NCBI GenBank assembly: GCA_029855935.1 | Contig: JAGSHN010000004.1 | Location: 32,001 to 96,000, forward strand | Source of the DNA: Candidatus Thorarchaeota archaeon | GTDB taxonomy: Archaea; Asgardarchaeota; Thorarchaeia; Thorarchaeales; Thorarchaeaceae | Direction: 5' to 3' | DNA length: 64,000 nucleotides | Part shown: positions 28,846 through 38,664 of the stretch, one piece after another | Layout of the letters: each line of letters opens with the position of its first letter | Position numbering within the stretch: the first letter of the stretch is position 1 | Position numbers and translations under genes: made by a program | Notes under the pieces: generated by a model | The model's database searches: none | What the model was told of the DNA's origin: nothing | What the model saw: the letters and a program-made list of their open reading frames with translations, nothing else

Positions 28846-30141
28846 TCATTCTTCGAACAGTTTCCGCACTCCGAGATCCTTAAGCCCCTTGCGGGCGTGG
28901 GCCACCACAGGTGCCTTGGATGTTTCGCCCGGTGGAGTACGTCGTCTTGGCCGAAGCCGGTCTTCCCAGACGGAGGACGGACTCACTGGAAGCTTACCTA
29001 TCTGGCCAAGGTCAGCCCTGATCTTGCGAGGGTCAATCGTACCTGCAGAGCCTGTGCTGCTGAGAAGACCCAATTGGCTCAGGCGATCCCTCGACTGAGA
29101 GAGGCTTGACCTCCGTTTTGTGTCATCTGTTGCCCTTGGCAGCAACTGGGGACTCTTCACCCCCGTGAGGATGAGCATCACACGTAACACCCCACTCAAT
29201 CGTGGGTCCACCCGAGCACCCCAGATGACCTGGGCGTTGGAACTCATCTTCTCAGACACTATCGCACCCACACGGTTCGCCTCGGCAAGGGACATGTCCG
29301 GGCCCCCAGTTATGTGAATCAGAGCACCCGTCGCTCCCGCCCACTCGACCTCAAGAAGTGGACTCTCAAGAGCATTCTTGATCGCCTGTTCTGCACGATT
29401 CTCGCCAGAGGCCTCACCGACACCCACCAGTGCCACTCCGCCATTACAGATGATGGAGCGAACATCTGCATAGTCTAGGTTGATCAGGCTGGGGAGGGTG
29501 ATGGTTTCGGTGATGCCCTTGACCATTCCTGCAAGAACCTCGTCAGCGATTCCAAATGCCTCCTCAAGAGGGAGGTCTGGCACAAGTTCCATCAGCTTCT
29601 GGTTGTCTATTACCACAACTGTGTCGGCATACTCCTGTAGTTTCGCAAGACCTGCCTTTGCCTTGTCAATCCGTGTGCGCTCCAGACTGAATGGCATTGT
29701 GACAACACCGACAACGATTGCGTCGTTGCGTTTTGCAATCTCGGCCACCACTGGTGCGCTGCCAGTCCCAGTCCCACCGCCCATCCCACAGGCGATAAAA
29801 ACAAGGTCGGCGTCGCGTACTAGTTCTGCAATCTGCGGGGCCGACTCCTCAGCAGCAGCACGACCTACGTGAGGATATCCGCCAGCGCCCAGACCTCTCG
29901 TTATGCGTTCACCGATGAGGAGCTTGCGATGCGCGGGTGTGATGGCGAGATGTTGCTTGTCAGTGTTGATTGCGATGCACTCTGCACCTTGGACCCCAAT
30001 CGTCATCAGCCGGCGAATCGTGTTGTTGCCTCCGCCCCCACATCCAATCACGACAATCCTTGCCTGGCCCACGTCACGGGCGGGTGTCGATCCTCTCTCA
30101 AGCCGACTGTGTTCCCTTGCCGATTCTATGAAGGACCTCAT
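28846..30141 (-). CDS. ftsZ: cell division GTPase FtsZ (FtsZ2 type)
   Basis: GCGGGGNN, GMGGGTGTG, T7 loop LINLDYADV; overlaps the upstream RHH gene by 4 nt. Confidence 0.96.
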   Translation of the reverse strand: MRSFIESAREHSRLERGSTPARDVGQARIVVIGCGGGGNNTIRRLMTIGVQGAECIAINTDKQHLAITPAHRKLLIGERITRGLGAGGYPHVGRAAAEESAPQIAELVRDADLVFIACGMGGGTGTGSAPVVAEIAKRNDAIVVGVVTMPFSLERTRIDKAKAGLAKLQEYADTVVVIDNQKLMELVPDLPLEEAFGIADEVLAGMVKGITETITLPSLINLDYADVRSIICNGGVALVGVGEASGENRAEQAIKNALESPLLEVEWAGATGALIHITGGPDMSLAEANRVGAIVSEKMSSNAQVIWGARVDPRLSGVLRVMLILTGVKSPQLLPRATDDTKRRSSLSQSRDRLSQLGLLSSTGSAGTIDPRKIRADLGQIGKLPVSPSSVWEDRLRPRRRTPPGETSKAPVVAHARKGLKDLGVRKLFEE

Positions 30142-30323
30142 TGTGCATTGCCCTCACTGTGGACTCTTAGTCCCGCATTGCCACGTTCCCAGAGCTCTCT
30201 CTTGAGAAGATCCCGAATGGCAATTCGGATAGTCTCGGATCGGTTCGGATAACGACCGTTCTGTACAAGCCGCTCAATATCCTCGACTATCTTCTCAGGC
30301 AGGTGTACGGCAATCAATCGCAT
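30138..30323 (-). CDS. ribbon-helix-helix regulator, CdrS-like
   Basis: MRLIAVHLPE...LVQNGRYPNRSETIRIAIRDLL; directly upstream of ftsZ. Confidence 0.88.
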   Translation of the reverse strand: MRLIAVHLPEKIVEDIERLVQNGRYPNRSETIRIAIRDLLKRELWERGNAGLRVHSEGNAQ

Positions 30324-30447
30324 GGACAGTCCTCAGAATCGACTGGGAGCATGTGACATTTGGATATGTGTAATACCCGTGAGGAGATGAGGTCGGGAGA
30401 AAAGAAAGATGGATTGTGTGGAGAACGAGATCAGCTCGTTCTCCAGA

Positions 30448-31170
30448 CTACCTCGTCTTGCGTCCTGTGCGTCGTGCCGCAATATTCCCGACCTTGCGGC
30501 CAGGCGGTGCGTGACGGCTCACAGTTGTGGGGCGTCCAGGAGACTGATGAGAACCACCACCGTGCGGATGCGAACACGCATTCATTGCGGCTCCACGTAC
30601 GATGGGCCACTTGCGGGCCTTTGGACGTGTATGGTGATACTTGGCGCCGGCCTTGAGAAATGGCTTCTCTGGACGGCCGCCGCCTGCAACAATGCCGATA
30701 GTTGCTCTGCACCTCGGACTGAAGGCCTTCTGCCGACCGCTGGGCAGCTTCACAATGGCCTTTGACTTGTCAATCGAGACTATCGTTGCGGACAGACCGG
30801 ACGCACGGACAAACTTCCCACCATCACCGGGTGAGCCCTCTATGTTGAAGATGGGCGTTCCCTCAGGAATATGCTCAAGCATGAGGGTGTTGCCGTTGGC
30901 TATTGCAGCGTTCGGTCCACACTCGACCATCTGACCAACATAGACGCCCTCGGGAGCAACCATGTAGTGGAGCTTCTTCTCGCCCTCGTACTTGATCTCG
31001 GCGATAGGAGCACCACGACCCGGCTCATGGTAGAGGCCAACAACCTTGCCCACGTACGTCTTGTCAGGGGACCACTTGGGATGCCGGACAGGAGCAATTC
31101 GGAGGTGGCGGCGGTTGCGCCACTGGGTGGTGCCACGTCCCTTTCGCTGGACTAGAACTCTCTTACCCAT
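30448..31170 (-). CDS. rpl2: 50S ribosomal protein uL2
   Basis: MGKRVLVQRKGRG, HEPGRGAP, HPHGGG. Confidence 0.98.
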   Translation of the reverse strand: MGKRVLVQRKGRGTTQWRNRRHLRIAPVRHPKWSPDKTYVGKVVGLYHEPGRGAPIAEIKYEGEKKLHYMVAPEGVYVGQMVECGPNAAIANGNTLMLEHIPEGTPIFNIEGSPGDGGKFVRASGLSATIVSIDKSKAIVKLPSGRQKAFSPRCRATIGIVAGGGRPEKPFLKAGAKYHHTRPKARKWPIVRGAAMNACSHPHGGGSHQSPGRPTTVSRHAPPGRKVGNIAARRTGRKTR

Positions 31171-31182
31171 TTCTGCACCTCC

Positions 31183-31449
31183 TTAGTATATGCCAAGCTT
31201 GGTCGCCAGGTCGACTGCACTGTACTCCGGTGCAAGCCGGACGAAGGCCTTCTTGCGACCATCGGGAAGAATCAGCGTATTGACCTTCTCAACGACCACG
31301 TCGTACAGTGTTTCAACAGCCCACCTTATCATGCTCTTGTTGGCCGTCCGGGCGACATAGAATATGAGCTTGTTCTCGTTGTCCACAGCGTTCAGGCCGG
31401 CCTCGGTGGTGACAGGACCAAGGATTATCTGGTTCGGATCTACCATCAC
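31183..31449 (-). CDS. rpl23: 50S ribosomal protein uL23
   Basis: ENKLIFYV, KVNTLILPDGRKKAFVRL. Confidence 0.97.
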   Translation of the reverse strand: MMVDPNQIILGPVTTEAGLNAVDNENKLIFYVARTANKSMIRWAVETLYDVVVEKVNTLILPDGRKKAFVRLAPEYSAVDLATKLGIY

Positions 31450-31459
31450 ATATCACCTC

Positions 31460-32254
31460 TCACAGGAACAGTTTCTCCTTTTCCAGACGCTCGATGGCCG
31501 ACTTGGTCCAGACCACGAGTCTGCCGGGATGAGTACCCGGTGCCAGTAGCTCTACATTCAGACCGTGAACCTCGACCACATCAACGCCGGGCAGATTGCG
31601 TGCACCAAGCCCGATTCCACGGTCCTCGCCGACCACAATGAGGAATGACTTTGGCGTCTTCATTCTGCGGCCACGCATCTTCCCCTTACCAGCACGTACC
31701 TTACGGCCTCTCACCGCACGGTCCAGGTCCTCATCGAGTCCAAGCGCCCGGACAAAGTCCATGACCGCCTTGGTCGATGAGAGGGTCTCCAGTTCATCAC
31801 TCACCACAAGGGGGATGCTAGGCACCCCAGAAACGCGATGGCCGCGCTCGGCCACGTGCTGCTTGTTGGCCGTCGCGGCTATGGCAGACCGTATGGCCAG
31901 CCGTCGCTCTTTCTTGTTGATACGTTCCACAAGCACCTTTCGGGCCTCGGGAGGATGAGCCACCCTGCCCCCAACGGTGCCGGGTGCGAATGCACCCTGA
32001 TTCGCAGCAGAGGTGCCACCGCCCTTCACGCGTGGGACACGGGACCGACCGTGACCGGTCTGCCAGCTCTCGGCCGTGGTCCGCTTGCCCGCCAGCTCAT
32101 CGACGCCGTGTGGCTGATATCGCTGGGACTGCAGGGCGAGGACAGCCCGCTTGATCAGGTCTGGCCGATAGGGTGTGTCGAAGTGTTCCGGTAGGTCGAT
32201 TGCGGTGCCAGCCTTTCCCTTCAGAGAATATGTCTTGACCTTCATTGTTAACAC
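31460..32254 (-). CDS. rpl4: 50S ribosomal protein uL4
   Basis: RPDLIKRA, AESWQTGHGRSRVPR, LAPGTHPGRL. Confidence 0.98.
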   Translation of the reverse strand: MLTMKVKTYSLKGKAGTAIDLPEHFDTPYRPDLIKRAVLALQSQRYQPHGVDELAGKRTTAESWQTGHGRSRVPRVKGGGTSAANQGAFAPGTVGGRVAHPPEARKVLVERINKKERRLAIRSAIAATANKQHVAERGHRVSGVPSIPLVVSDELETLSSTKAVMDFVRALGLDEDLDRAVRGRKVRAGKGKMRGRRMKTPKSFLIVVGEDRGIGLGARNLPGVDVVEVHGLNVELLAPGTHPGRLVVWTKSAIERLEKEKLFL

Positions 32255-32264
32255 ATCCTCCCGT

Positions 32265-33272
32265 CTACTGCTTCGATGAGGTGCTGATGTAGCTCACCTG
32301 CAGAGGCTTGGCCACGTGACCCTTCTTGGGACGGATGGCAAACCGCAGACGGACCGGACGCTTGATGGTACCAGGTATCGATCCCTTCACCATCACATAG
32401 TCGCCACGGACCACGCCATAGTGGACAAACCCACCGGCAGGTGTGATCTCCTCGCCGCGCTCACCCATCTTCACGACCACGTGGTTATAGCTGACGCGGG
32501 AGTGGAACCCTGTCTGTCCCGGTCGTGGTACTGTGTAGCGTACGTTGGTGGGGCTCCACGGGCCAATACAACCTACACCACGTTTGGTCTTCCTAGACTT
32601 GTGCTGCAGGATTCTCACGCCCCATCTCCGTACGGGGCCCTGAAAGCCGTGACCCTTGGTCACTGCAGCGATGTCCACCAACATTCCCTCTTCCAAGATG
32701 TCTGCAACTCTGAGGTCCGTTCCGAGAATGCTCTTGGCATACTCAAAGGCCTCTGTCACACTTGGCGCGCCAACCTTGTACTCCGTGATGTCCGGCTTCT
32801 TCTTCGGCACTCCAGCAAGTCTTGGCTGAGTATGAACGAGCATTCGAATCTCGGTAAGTCTGTCGAGATGCTCCTCGAACTGCGACATCTTGGCATCAAA
32901 GTCGTATTCCTTTGGCAGCTGAATCTTTCTACGGAGATCGTCTGACAGAGTCTCTGCCAGGACCTCCGTGACAAGTCTCAGCCCATATGGAGTGGCCATA
33001 TAGCCCCTGATTGAGAAGGGGCGAATGGGCGGTGTGTCGATCACAGTTACGGGGATGACTGTTTCCTGACCCTTGAATGGGCTGTTCGGGTTGTCAATCG
33101 TAATGACGGCGTGTGTCATTCCCGCCTTGTAACCAATGAAGCCAAGTAGTTTTGCAGCCGAGCCATCATACTCAGGCCAGTTCTTGATACGGGGCACAAA
33201 CCTAGAGGCCCGACATCGCGGCAAGTAGGCTAGGCTGCCGCGCTTTGGAGCATGCTTCTTTCTGTGTGCCAT
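32265..33272 (-). CDS. rpl3: 50S ribosomal protein uL3
   Basis: PKRGSLAY, GYKAGMTH, TKGHGFQGPVRRWG. Confidence 0.98.
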   Translation of the reverse strand: MAHRKKHAPKRGSLAYLPRCRASRFVPRIKNWPEYDGSAAKLLGFIGYKAGMTHAVITIDNPNSPFKGQETVIPVTVIDTPPIRPFSIRGYMATPYGLRLVTEVLAETLSDDLRRKIQLPKEYDFDAKMSQFEEHLDRLTEIRMLVHTQPRLAGVPKKKPDITEYKVGAPSVTEAFEYAKSILGTDLRVADILEEGMLVDIAAVTKGHGFQGPVRRWGVRILQHKSRKTKRGVGCIGPWSPTNVRYTVPRPGQTGFHSRVSYNHVVVKMGERGEEITPAGGFVHYGVVRGDYVMVKGSIPGTIKRPVRLRFAIRPKKGHVAKPLQVSYISTSSKQ

Positions 33273-33384
33273 CTATAACACCACTTTCCCGTATCGAATG
33301 GCCTATGGACTGGGCTATTCGTACTACTGATGCCGACAACCAATTGGTGTGCTTTTTAAGGTTGCTCTATTGCCAAGATGCCTC

Positions 33385-34251
33385 TCAGTCAATGCCATCA
33401 TAGTAGCCGGGCCTCGAGACGAGATGGCCAAGAGAGACGTTCATCAGTGCAAGACTCGCAATCATCGCCTCCTCAAGGCGCACTGTTTCTGTCCCCTGAT
33501 TCGGTATGGTGTTGACAACATAGTCCACGAGAGAGAGAAACTCCTCCGACCCCTTAACGAGTATGTCGGGAAGACCAAGCTTGGGCCCTCCGAAGAGCGC
33601 GATGAGATGCCGGGGCCCGGTCACCGACTCGACTATATCGTTGATAACCGACTTGAAGTCGGTACCCCGGCGCGAGAAGACCACACGTACGGCTCTATTC
33701 TGTTGTTTCAGCCACTCCACAAGATTCGGCACCACGGCGACCTCGAAGCCGAAGTATCGACTCACACTGTGGCGTTCCACTGGTCGCAGGGTAATGCGGG
33801 GGCTGGTTCGGGTCACCCTGAACAGGGTGGGTGTGCGATTGTCCACGTCAAAGTTGACCTTCACCAGAGAGGCCAGTCCGATGTCCACTGTGCGAGGACC
33901 GACCCCGATGCCCCATCTCACATCACCCACACGTACCTCGCTTGGCGAGGTCTCGAGGGGATGACTCCGTGTTCTGAGTGGAGGCAACAGGCCAGCATAC
34001 CTCAGTGTAGGGGTGCGAGCAAAGACCCGTTTCCGGAGATACTGTGGTGTGTCCATGTATCTGAGAAGACGGACTAGTGTGTCCACATCACGTTGCTGGC
34101 GTGAGGGCAGACGACCGGTGGTATAGACTATGATGCGGTCCACACAGAACACGGCCAGTGCACGGGCAATCCGGCCGGCCAGCACGGTCTTCTCACGAAG
34201 ACTGGTTGTATTGGAGAGAGTCGTATCGGGAACTGCAGCCTCCAGTGTCAA
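33385..34251 (-). CDS. SPOUT RNA methyltransferase (DUF171/MTH1/C9orf114 family)
   Basis: IARALAVFCV, YMDTPQYLRK, GLLPPL, NTIPNQGTETVRLEEA; TTG start at 34251. Confidence 0.92.
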   Translation of the reverse strand: MTLEAAVPDTTLSNTTSLREKTVLAGRIARALAVFCVDRIIVYTTGRLPSRQQRDVDTLVRLLRYMDTPQYLRKRVFARTPTLRYAGLLPPLRTRSHPLETSPSEVRVGDVRWGIGVGPRTVDIGLASLVKVNFDVDNRTPTLFRVTRTSPRITLRPVERHSVSRYFGFEVAVVPNLVEWLKQQNRAVRVVFSRRGTDFKSVINDIVESVTGPRHLIALFGGPKLGLPDILVKGSEEFLSLVDYVVNTIPNQGTETVRLEEAMIASLALMNVSLGHLVSRPGYYDGID

Positions 34252-34270
34252 CGAACCCGCCTCGATGATC

Positions 34271-34720
34271 TCACAGGTCGAGGGTGAACCACAACGTAAC
34301 ACGGTCCGGACGCTGCTCGATCTTCAGGTCCGCATAGGTCATCGCCTTGACCTCGGTCCGAATGGGATGGCGCTCGATGTCAATCTCCTCGCCCCATGCC
34401 TCACCTGAAAGATGCCACCTCTGCTCACCACTGTCGTCGCGAGTTATGTAGTGCACCTTGAATCTGGAGTAGAATCGGTTGTTGAGGTCAATCAGTGCAA
34501 TGAGCTGACCGACCCACTCAACGAGAAGCTCCTCTAGGTCTATTCCATCAACGTCGACCTTGGAGGAGTGAAGTGGCCGTACCTTTGACGTGTCGACCAT
34601 CACCTCAAAGGCTGCGAGCGCAGCAGTTTCGAAGGCCTCCTCAAGGGTGGGTGCCCAGCACTCTATTGTCACGTCAGCTGTGTGTTCGTGGTACCTGAAG
34701 CCTCGAGGACCTTCGCTCAC
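34271..34720 (-). CDS. archease
   Basis: EHTADV, EVKAMTY, FTLDL; start moved to GTG 34720 because the longer ORF overlaps tRNA-Ser. Confidence 0.93.
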   Translation of the reverse strand: MSEGPRGFRYHEHTADVTIECWAPTLEEAFETAALAAFEVMVDTSKVRPLHSSKVDVDGIDLEELLVEWVGQLIALIDLNNRFYSRFKVHYITRDDSGEQRWHLSGEAWGEEIDIERHPIRTEVKAMTYADLKIEQRPDRVTLWFTLDL

Positions 34721-34815
34721 AGCGTCGAACCTCCGGCCTGTAATCGCTCCAAGAAGCTTAAAAGCAGTTCTCAACGGAAGAACAATAGTCGCCTCCTCAC
34801 GAGGCCGACATCTAT

Positions 34816-34903
34816 GCCGAGGTAGCCAAGCCTGGACCACGGCGCTGGTCTTGAAAACCAGTGTGCTCTGCACGCAGGAGTTCAAATCTCCTCCTCGGCG
34901 CCA
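34816..34903 (+). tRNA. tRNA-Ser(TGA), long variable arm, CCA encoded
   Basis: GCCGAGG/CCTCGGC acceptor with G73; CTGGT-CTTGAAA-ACCAG anticodon arm; GTGC-TCT-GCAC variable arm. Confidence 0.95.
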
Positions 34904-34942
34904 TCACTCATTCGCTCACTCGTTCTCCGTCAGCCGGACCGC

Positions 34943-36550
34943 TCACAGACTCTTCGCCAGATACGGGCCATCATCAACGAATCCCAGGTTTCTGTAGTAC
35001 TCCTTTACTCCAGTCCCACTGAGAACCAAGATTCGGTCGACACCGAGGTCCTCCCGTGCAGTCCGCTCCGCCTCACCCACCAGACACTCACCAAGACCCA
35101 GATGCTGCCATCTCTCAGGATCGCGCTCGCCAATCCTCACCATAGGACCAAACACCCTGAGCTCCCGTATGATTGCGCATGGACTGCACCGAACCTCGGG
35201 CCGATGCGCCGCCTCGCTCGGATAGCGGAGACGCAGGAATGCGAAGATTATGTCTTCAACTGGATCCTCAAGGGAGATGAAGACTTCAGTGCCCCCGCCG
35301 GCCTCGTAGACACGCTGAATCAGCGTCATAGTGTCGGGGTTTGCACGCCGTCCTGTACGCATCTCGTAGTGACCGACCTCGCGATAGCGAATTGTGGGAT
35401 TCCGCAGGCCCAGACGACGCATCTCCGCGTGCACGAGCTCTCGCAGATTCCCGCGGGACAACCCAGCCTCAATCTGGTGTAGGGGGATGTCGCGTTGCAT
35501 CCGCTGGATACGAACATACTCCGGCATCTCGCTCACGGCCTGTGCTATCAACGAGACAGTCTCGTCGTCGGTGTAGGGAGAGTAGCGGCCCTCTCTCCAC
35601 CATTCGTAGAGTCGCGTGTTCTTCACCACAAGCGTTGGGTAGATTTTGAGCATATCAGGACGGAAGCGCGGATCCGAGAACATCTGATGGAACATATGCA
35701 GATCCATCTCAATGTTCGAGCCAGGAAGACCGGGCATGATGTGGTAACATACCTTGAGGCCACTATCGCGAAGAATCCTTGTCGCAACTGCAGAGGCCTC
35801 AACATCGTGACCTCGACCAACAAGCGTCAGAACCTCATCTGAGAGGGACTGTACTCCAATCTCCACACGGGTCGCGCCCATCTCAAGCATCTCGTCCACT
35901 GTGGCAGGAGATATCCAGTCAGGGCGGGTCTCGAAGGTTGTCCCAATGTTGCGCACTGCTGCTGTTTCGTTGACCCGTTTGGCCGCCTCCAAAGTAGGAC
36001 TCACAGAGCCGTTCATAGCATCGAGGCATCTCTTGACGAACCACTCGCGGTAGGCACGCTCCTTGGAGCACCAGTCCCCGCCCATGACTATCAACTCCAC
36101 CTTCTGAACGGGGTGACCAATCGTGCGCAGCTGACCGAGACGAGAACGGACCTGCCGATACGGATCAAACTTGTTCTGCAGTCCGCGCATAGTCGCGGGT
36201 TCATATCCAGTGTAGCTCTGTGGCACACCAAGATCAGGTCCTCCGGGACAGTATGCACATTTCCCGTGAGGACAGGCCTGCGGCTCTGTCATTACTGCAA
36301 CAACAGCCACTCCAGAGAGAGTGCGAACAGGTCGCTTCTGAAGAAAGGGGAGGAGAACCTCTCTCTCCTCAGGAACGGCGCACTCGAGCACATCGGCATT
36401 GGAGGGGATGCGGGCCCGGCGAAACCGGCCACATACCCTGTTCTTGATGCGGTTGATTGTCTGCCTTGTCAGAGGCTCAGGAGAACTGAGCAGAGCCTCT
36501 ATGATTGCCCGGTTCACTTCATAGTCGCTAATGGTATCAGTCTGGGCCAT
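34943..36550 (-). CDS. elp3: Elp3 tRNA U34 acetyltransferase (radical SAM plus KAT)
   Basis: KRPVRTLSGVAVVAVM, CPHGKCAYCPGG, ETRPD, KIYPTLV, WQHLGLG. Confidence 0.96.
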   Translation of the reverse strand: MAQTDTISDYEVNRAIIEALLSSPEPLTRQTINRIKNRVCGRFRRARIPSNADVLECAVPEEREVLLPFLQKRPVRTLSGVAVVAVMTEPQACPHGKCAYCPGGPDLGVPQSYTGYEPATMRGLQNKFDPYRQVRSRLGQLRTIGHPVQKVELIVMGGDWCSKERAYREWFVKRCLDAMNGSVSPTLEAAKRVNETAAVRNIGTTFETRPDWISPATVDEMLEMGATRVEIGVQSLSDEVLTLVGRGHDVEASAVATRILRDSGLKVCYHIMPGLPGSNIEMDLHMFHQMFSDPRFRPDMLKIYPTLVVKNTRLYEWWREGRYSPYTDDETVSLIAQAVSEMPEYVRIQRMQRDIPLHQIEAGLSRGNLRELVHAEMRRLGLRNPTIRYREVGHYEMRTGRRANPDTMTLIQRVYEAGGGTEVFISLEDPVEDIIFAFLRLRYPSEAAHRPEVRCSPCAIIRELRVFGPMVRIGERDPERWQHLGLGECLVGEAERTAREDLGVDRILVLSGTGVKEYYRNLGFVDDGPYLAKSL

Positions 36551-36647
36551 GATGCATCTATTCCTGTGGCTCACAACAATAGATGCCTTTTGGATATCTT
36601 TTTATGAACATAGTTCTGGCCATGAGTGAAGGCTGAGGTAGAGAGAA

Positions 36648-36809
36648 ATGCCAGGCTCACACGGTTCACTGACAAAGGCCGGAAAAGTGCGTGAGTCCAC
36701 CCCAAAGGTTCAGGGAAGAGAGAGGCACACGCCAATCCCGCGTATCAGAAACAAGCGGAACTACATCAAGCGGTTTGTACGTGGCAGGACTGTAGGCGTG
36801 CGCGCCTAG
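36648..36809 (+). CDS. rps30e: 30S ribosomal protein eS30
   Basis: Not in the ORF track (<60 aa); MPGSHGSLTKAGKVRESTPKVQGRERHTPIPRIRNKRNYIKRFV... with upstream GAGGT. Confidence 0.96.
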   Translation: MPGSHGSLTKAGKVRESTPKVQGRERHTPIPRIRNKRNYIKRFVRGRTVGVRA

Positions 36810-36834
36810 ACCGTGATGGAGGTTCTGCATCTGG

Positions 36835-37671
36835 TCATCTAATCTCGTCAATCCGTGCACCAGTCGCATCTCGAGAGTATTTCCCGAACTCCACTATTGA
36901 CGCCAGCGTTGACCCTGTGAAGACAGGGCCATCAAGACACACCAGATGACCAGTGGGATCAAGGGCACAGGAACCGCAGAGGCCGCAACCGCACTTCATG
37001 TACCGTTCTAGCGATAACTGAATGGGAATCTCGTGACGCAAGGCGATCCTATAGACCTCGTACATCATCCGCTCGGGGCCGCACGCATAGATCACATCGG
37101 CGGTCTGCTGCTCAAGGAGAGCGGTCAGACAGTCTGTCGCCAGCCCGTGAAATCCTAGTGAGCCGTCGTCAGTCGCCACCTGTGTGCGCAGTCTTGAGTC
37201 TGACTCGGCAATCCTGAGCATCTCATCGTGAAATAGGAGTTCATCTCGCGTGCGGGCGGCTATCAGGACGGTGACTTGCTTCAGACTGGCCAGAAGGGCA
37301 TACACAAGAGGACGCAGCGGGGCCATTCCCACTCCACCGCCCACAACAATGGCAGCGTCTCCCGTAACGGAGAAGGAACGACCGAACGGTCCGCGAATGC
37401 CAATATAGTCTCCGGGTCGCATTCTGACCAGACGCTGTGTCGCCTCCCCCACAGGCCGGACGGTCAGGCCAATATGCTCATCGTCTGACCACGACGCGCT
37501 CAGCGGGATCTCGTCAACATCTGGCACCCATACCATGAAGAACTGTCCGGGAGCAGCAGTGGGACTGTCTGGTTGGCGTCGAAAGAAAAGAGTCACATCG
37601 CGGATATTCTCCCTGACAACACGACTGATTGCAACACTCCGAGGTCTACCGGTTGACAACTCAATATCCAT
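36835..37671 (-). CDS. pyrK: dihydroorotate dehydrogenase electron-transfer subunit
   Basis: PGQFFMVW, GIRGPFG, GGGVGMAP, CGPE, ERYMKCGCGLCGSC...VCLDGPVF. Confidence 0.93.
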   Translation of the reverse strand: MDIELSTGRPRSVAISRVVRENIRDVTLFFRRQPDSPTAAPGQFFMVWVPDVDEIPLSASWSDDEHIGLTVRPVGEATQRLVRMRPGDYIGIRGPFGRSFSVTGDAAIVVGGGVGMAPLRPLVYALLASLKQVTVLIAARTRDELLFHDEMLRIAESDSRLRTQVATDDGSLGFHGLATDCLTALLEQQTADVIYACGPERMMYEVYRIALRHEIPIQLSLERYMKCGCGLCGSCALDPTGHLVCLDGPVFTGSTLASIVEFGKYSRDATGARIDEIR

Positions 37672-37673
37672 TG

Positions 37674-38543
37674 CTATCGCCTCTGAGCCAGGCCAACTAT
37701 GTCTGCGATGTCCGAGAACCCCGTCTCTTGAACGTAGGTCATTACGCCCTCTCTGACTCTGCTGAATACATCAAGTCCAGACAGGACACCGGTCCCTATC
37801 TCGATGGCACTTGCGCCAGCGAGATGCATCTCTACAGCATCCTGCCACGTCGTCACACCTCCAACTCCTATGATTGGGACTGATAGTGACGCATAGAGGT
37901 CGTAGACAGCACGAACGGCAATTGGAAAGACAGGTGGTCCAGACAACCCGCCGACAAGATTGCCCAAGATCGGGCGACGCTGTACTATGTCAATACGCAT
38001 GGCCCGTACTGTGTTGATTGCCACAACAGCGTCAGCTCCTGCACGCTCCGCTGCACGACCAACGGATGTGATGTCCGATGCATTAGGCGTCAGTTTGGCA
38101 AACACCGGGCAGTCGACTGCGTCTTTGACGGCCCGCACGTACTGGAAGGTCAGATCCGGGTCGTGTGCAACCTGCCCAATCTCCGCATGAGGACACGACA
38201 GATTTAGCTCTATTGCCAGAGGCTTGGCCTCAACACCCCGAGATGCTACACTTGCTGCCTCCTGAGGGGAACGTCCAAAGACACTCAGAACAAAGGGGAC
38301 ACCCCACTCTCCTAGCCTATGCAGCTCATCCAGAAATGCGTCTATGCCGGGATTCGTGAGACCCACGGCATTGATCAGCCCGCCATGTGAAGAGGTGCAG
38401 ATGGGCCCCGGGTGGCCAACACGGGGAACGGGCCCGATTGACTTTGTCACAACGACATCGGCACCACTCTCGTGCACTCGTCTAAGGACGGAGGCTGTGA
38501 CTCCCAGAATGCCTGATGCCAACCAGTAACCCTTTATCTCCAA
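37674..38543 (-). CDS. pyrD: dihydroorotate dehydrogenase (class 1B)
   Basis: LASGILG, NAVGLTNPG, ELNLSCPH, KLTPN, GGLSG; likely TTG start at 38543. Confidence 0.94.
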   Translation of the reverse strand: MEIKGYWLASGILGVTASVLRRVHESGADVVVTKSIGPVPRVGHPGPICTSSHGGLINAVGLTNPGIDAFLDELHRLGEWGVPFVLSVFGRSPQEAASVASRGVEAKPLAIELNLSCPHAEIGQVAHDPDLTFQYVRAVKDAVDCPVFAKLTPNASDITSVGRAAERAGADAVVAINTVRAMRIDIVQRRPILGNLVGGLSGPPVFPIAVRAVYDLYASLSVPIIGVGGVTTWQDAVEMHLAGASAIEIGTGVLSGLDVFSRVREGVMTYVQETGFSDIADIVGLAQRR

Positions 38544-38664
38544 GGCCGCACCTACTGTTGACAGAACGAGACCGCGCAAAAGCTTATCGTTCGAGGGATG
38601 TTCCTCAGGGGCCTCATATCCCCGTGTCCACAGCCAAGGCGAAAGCAACAGGGTCTGGTGCCAC

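Noticed and set aside
34816-34903. tRNA-Sec, given the long variable arm
   Set aside because: Anticodon is TGA (Ser), not TCA, and the acceptor stem is the standard 7 bp
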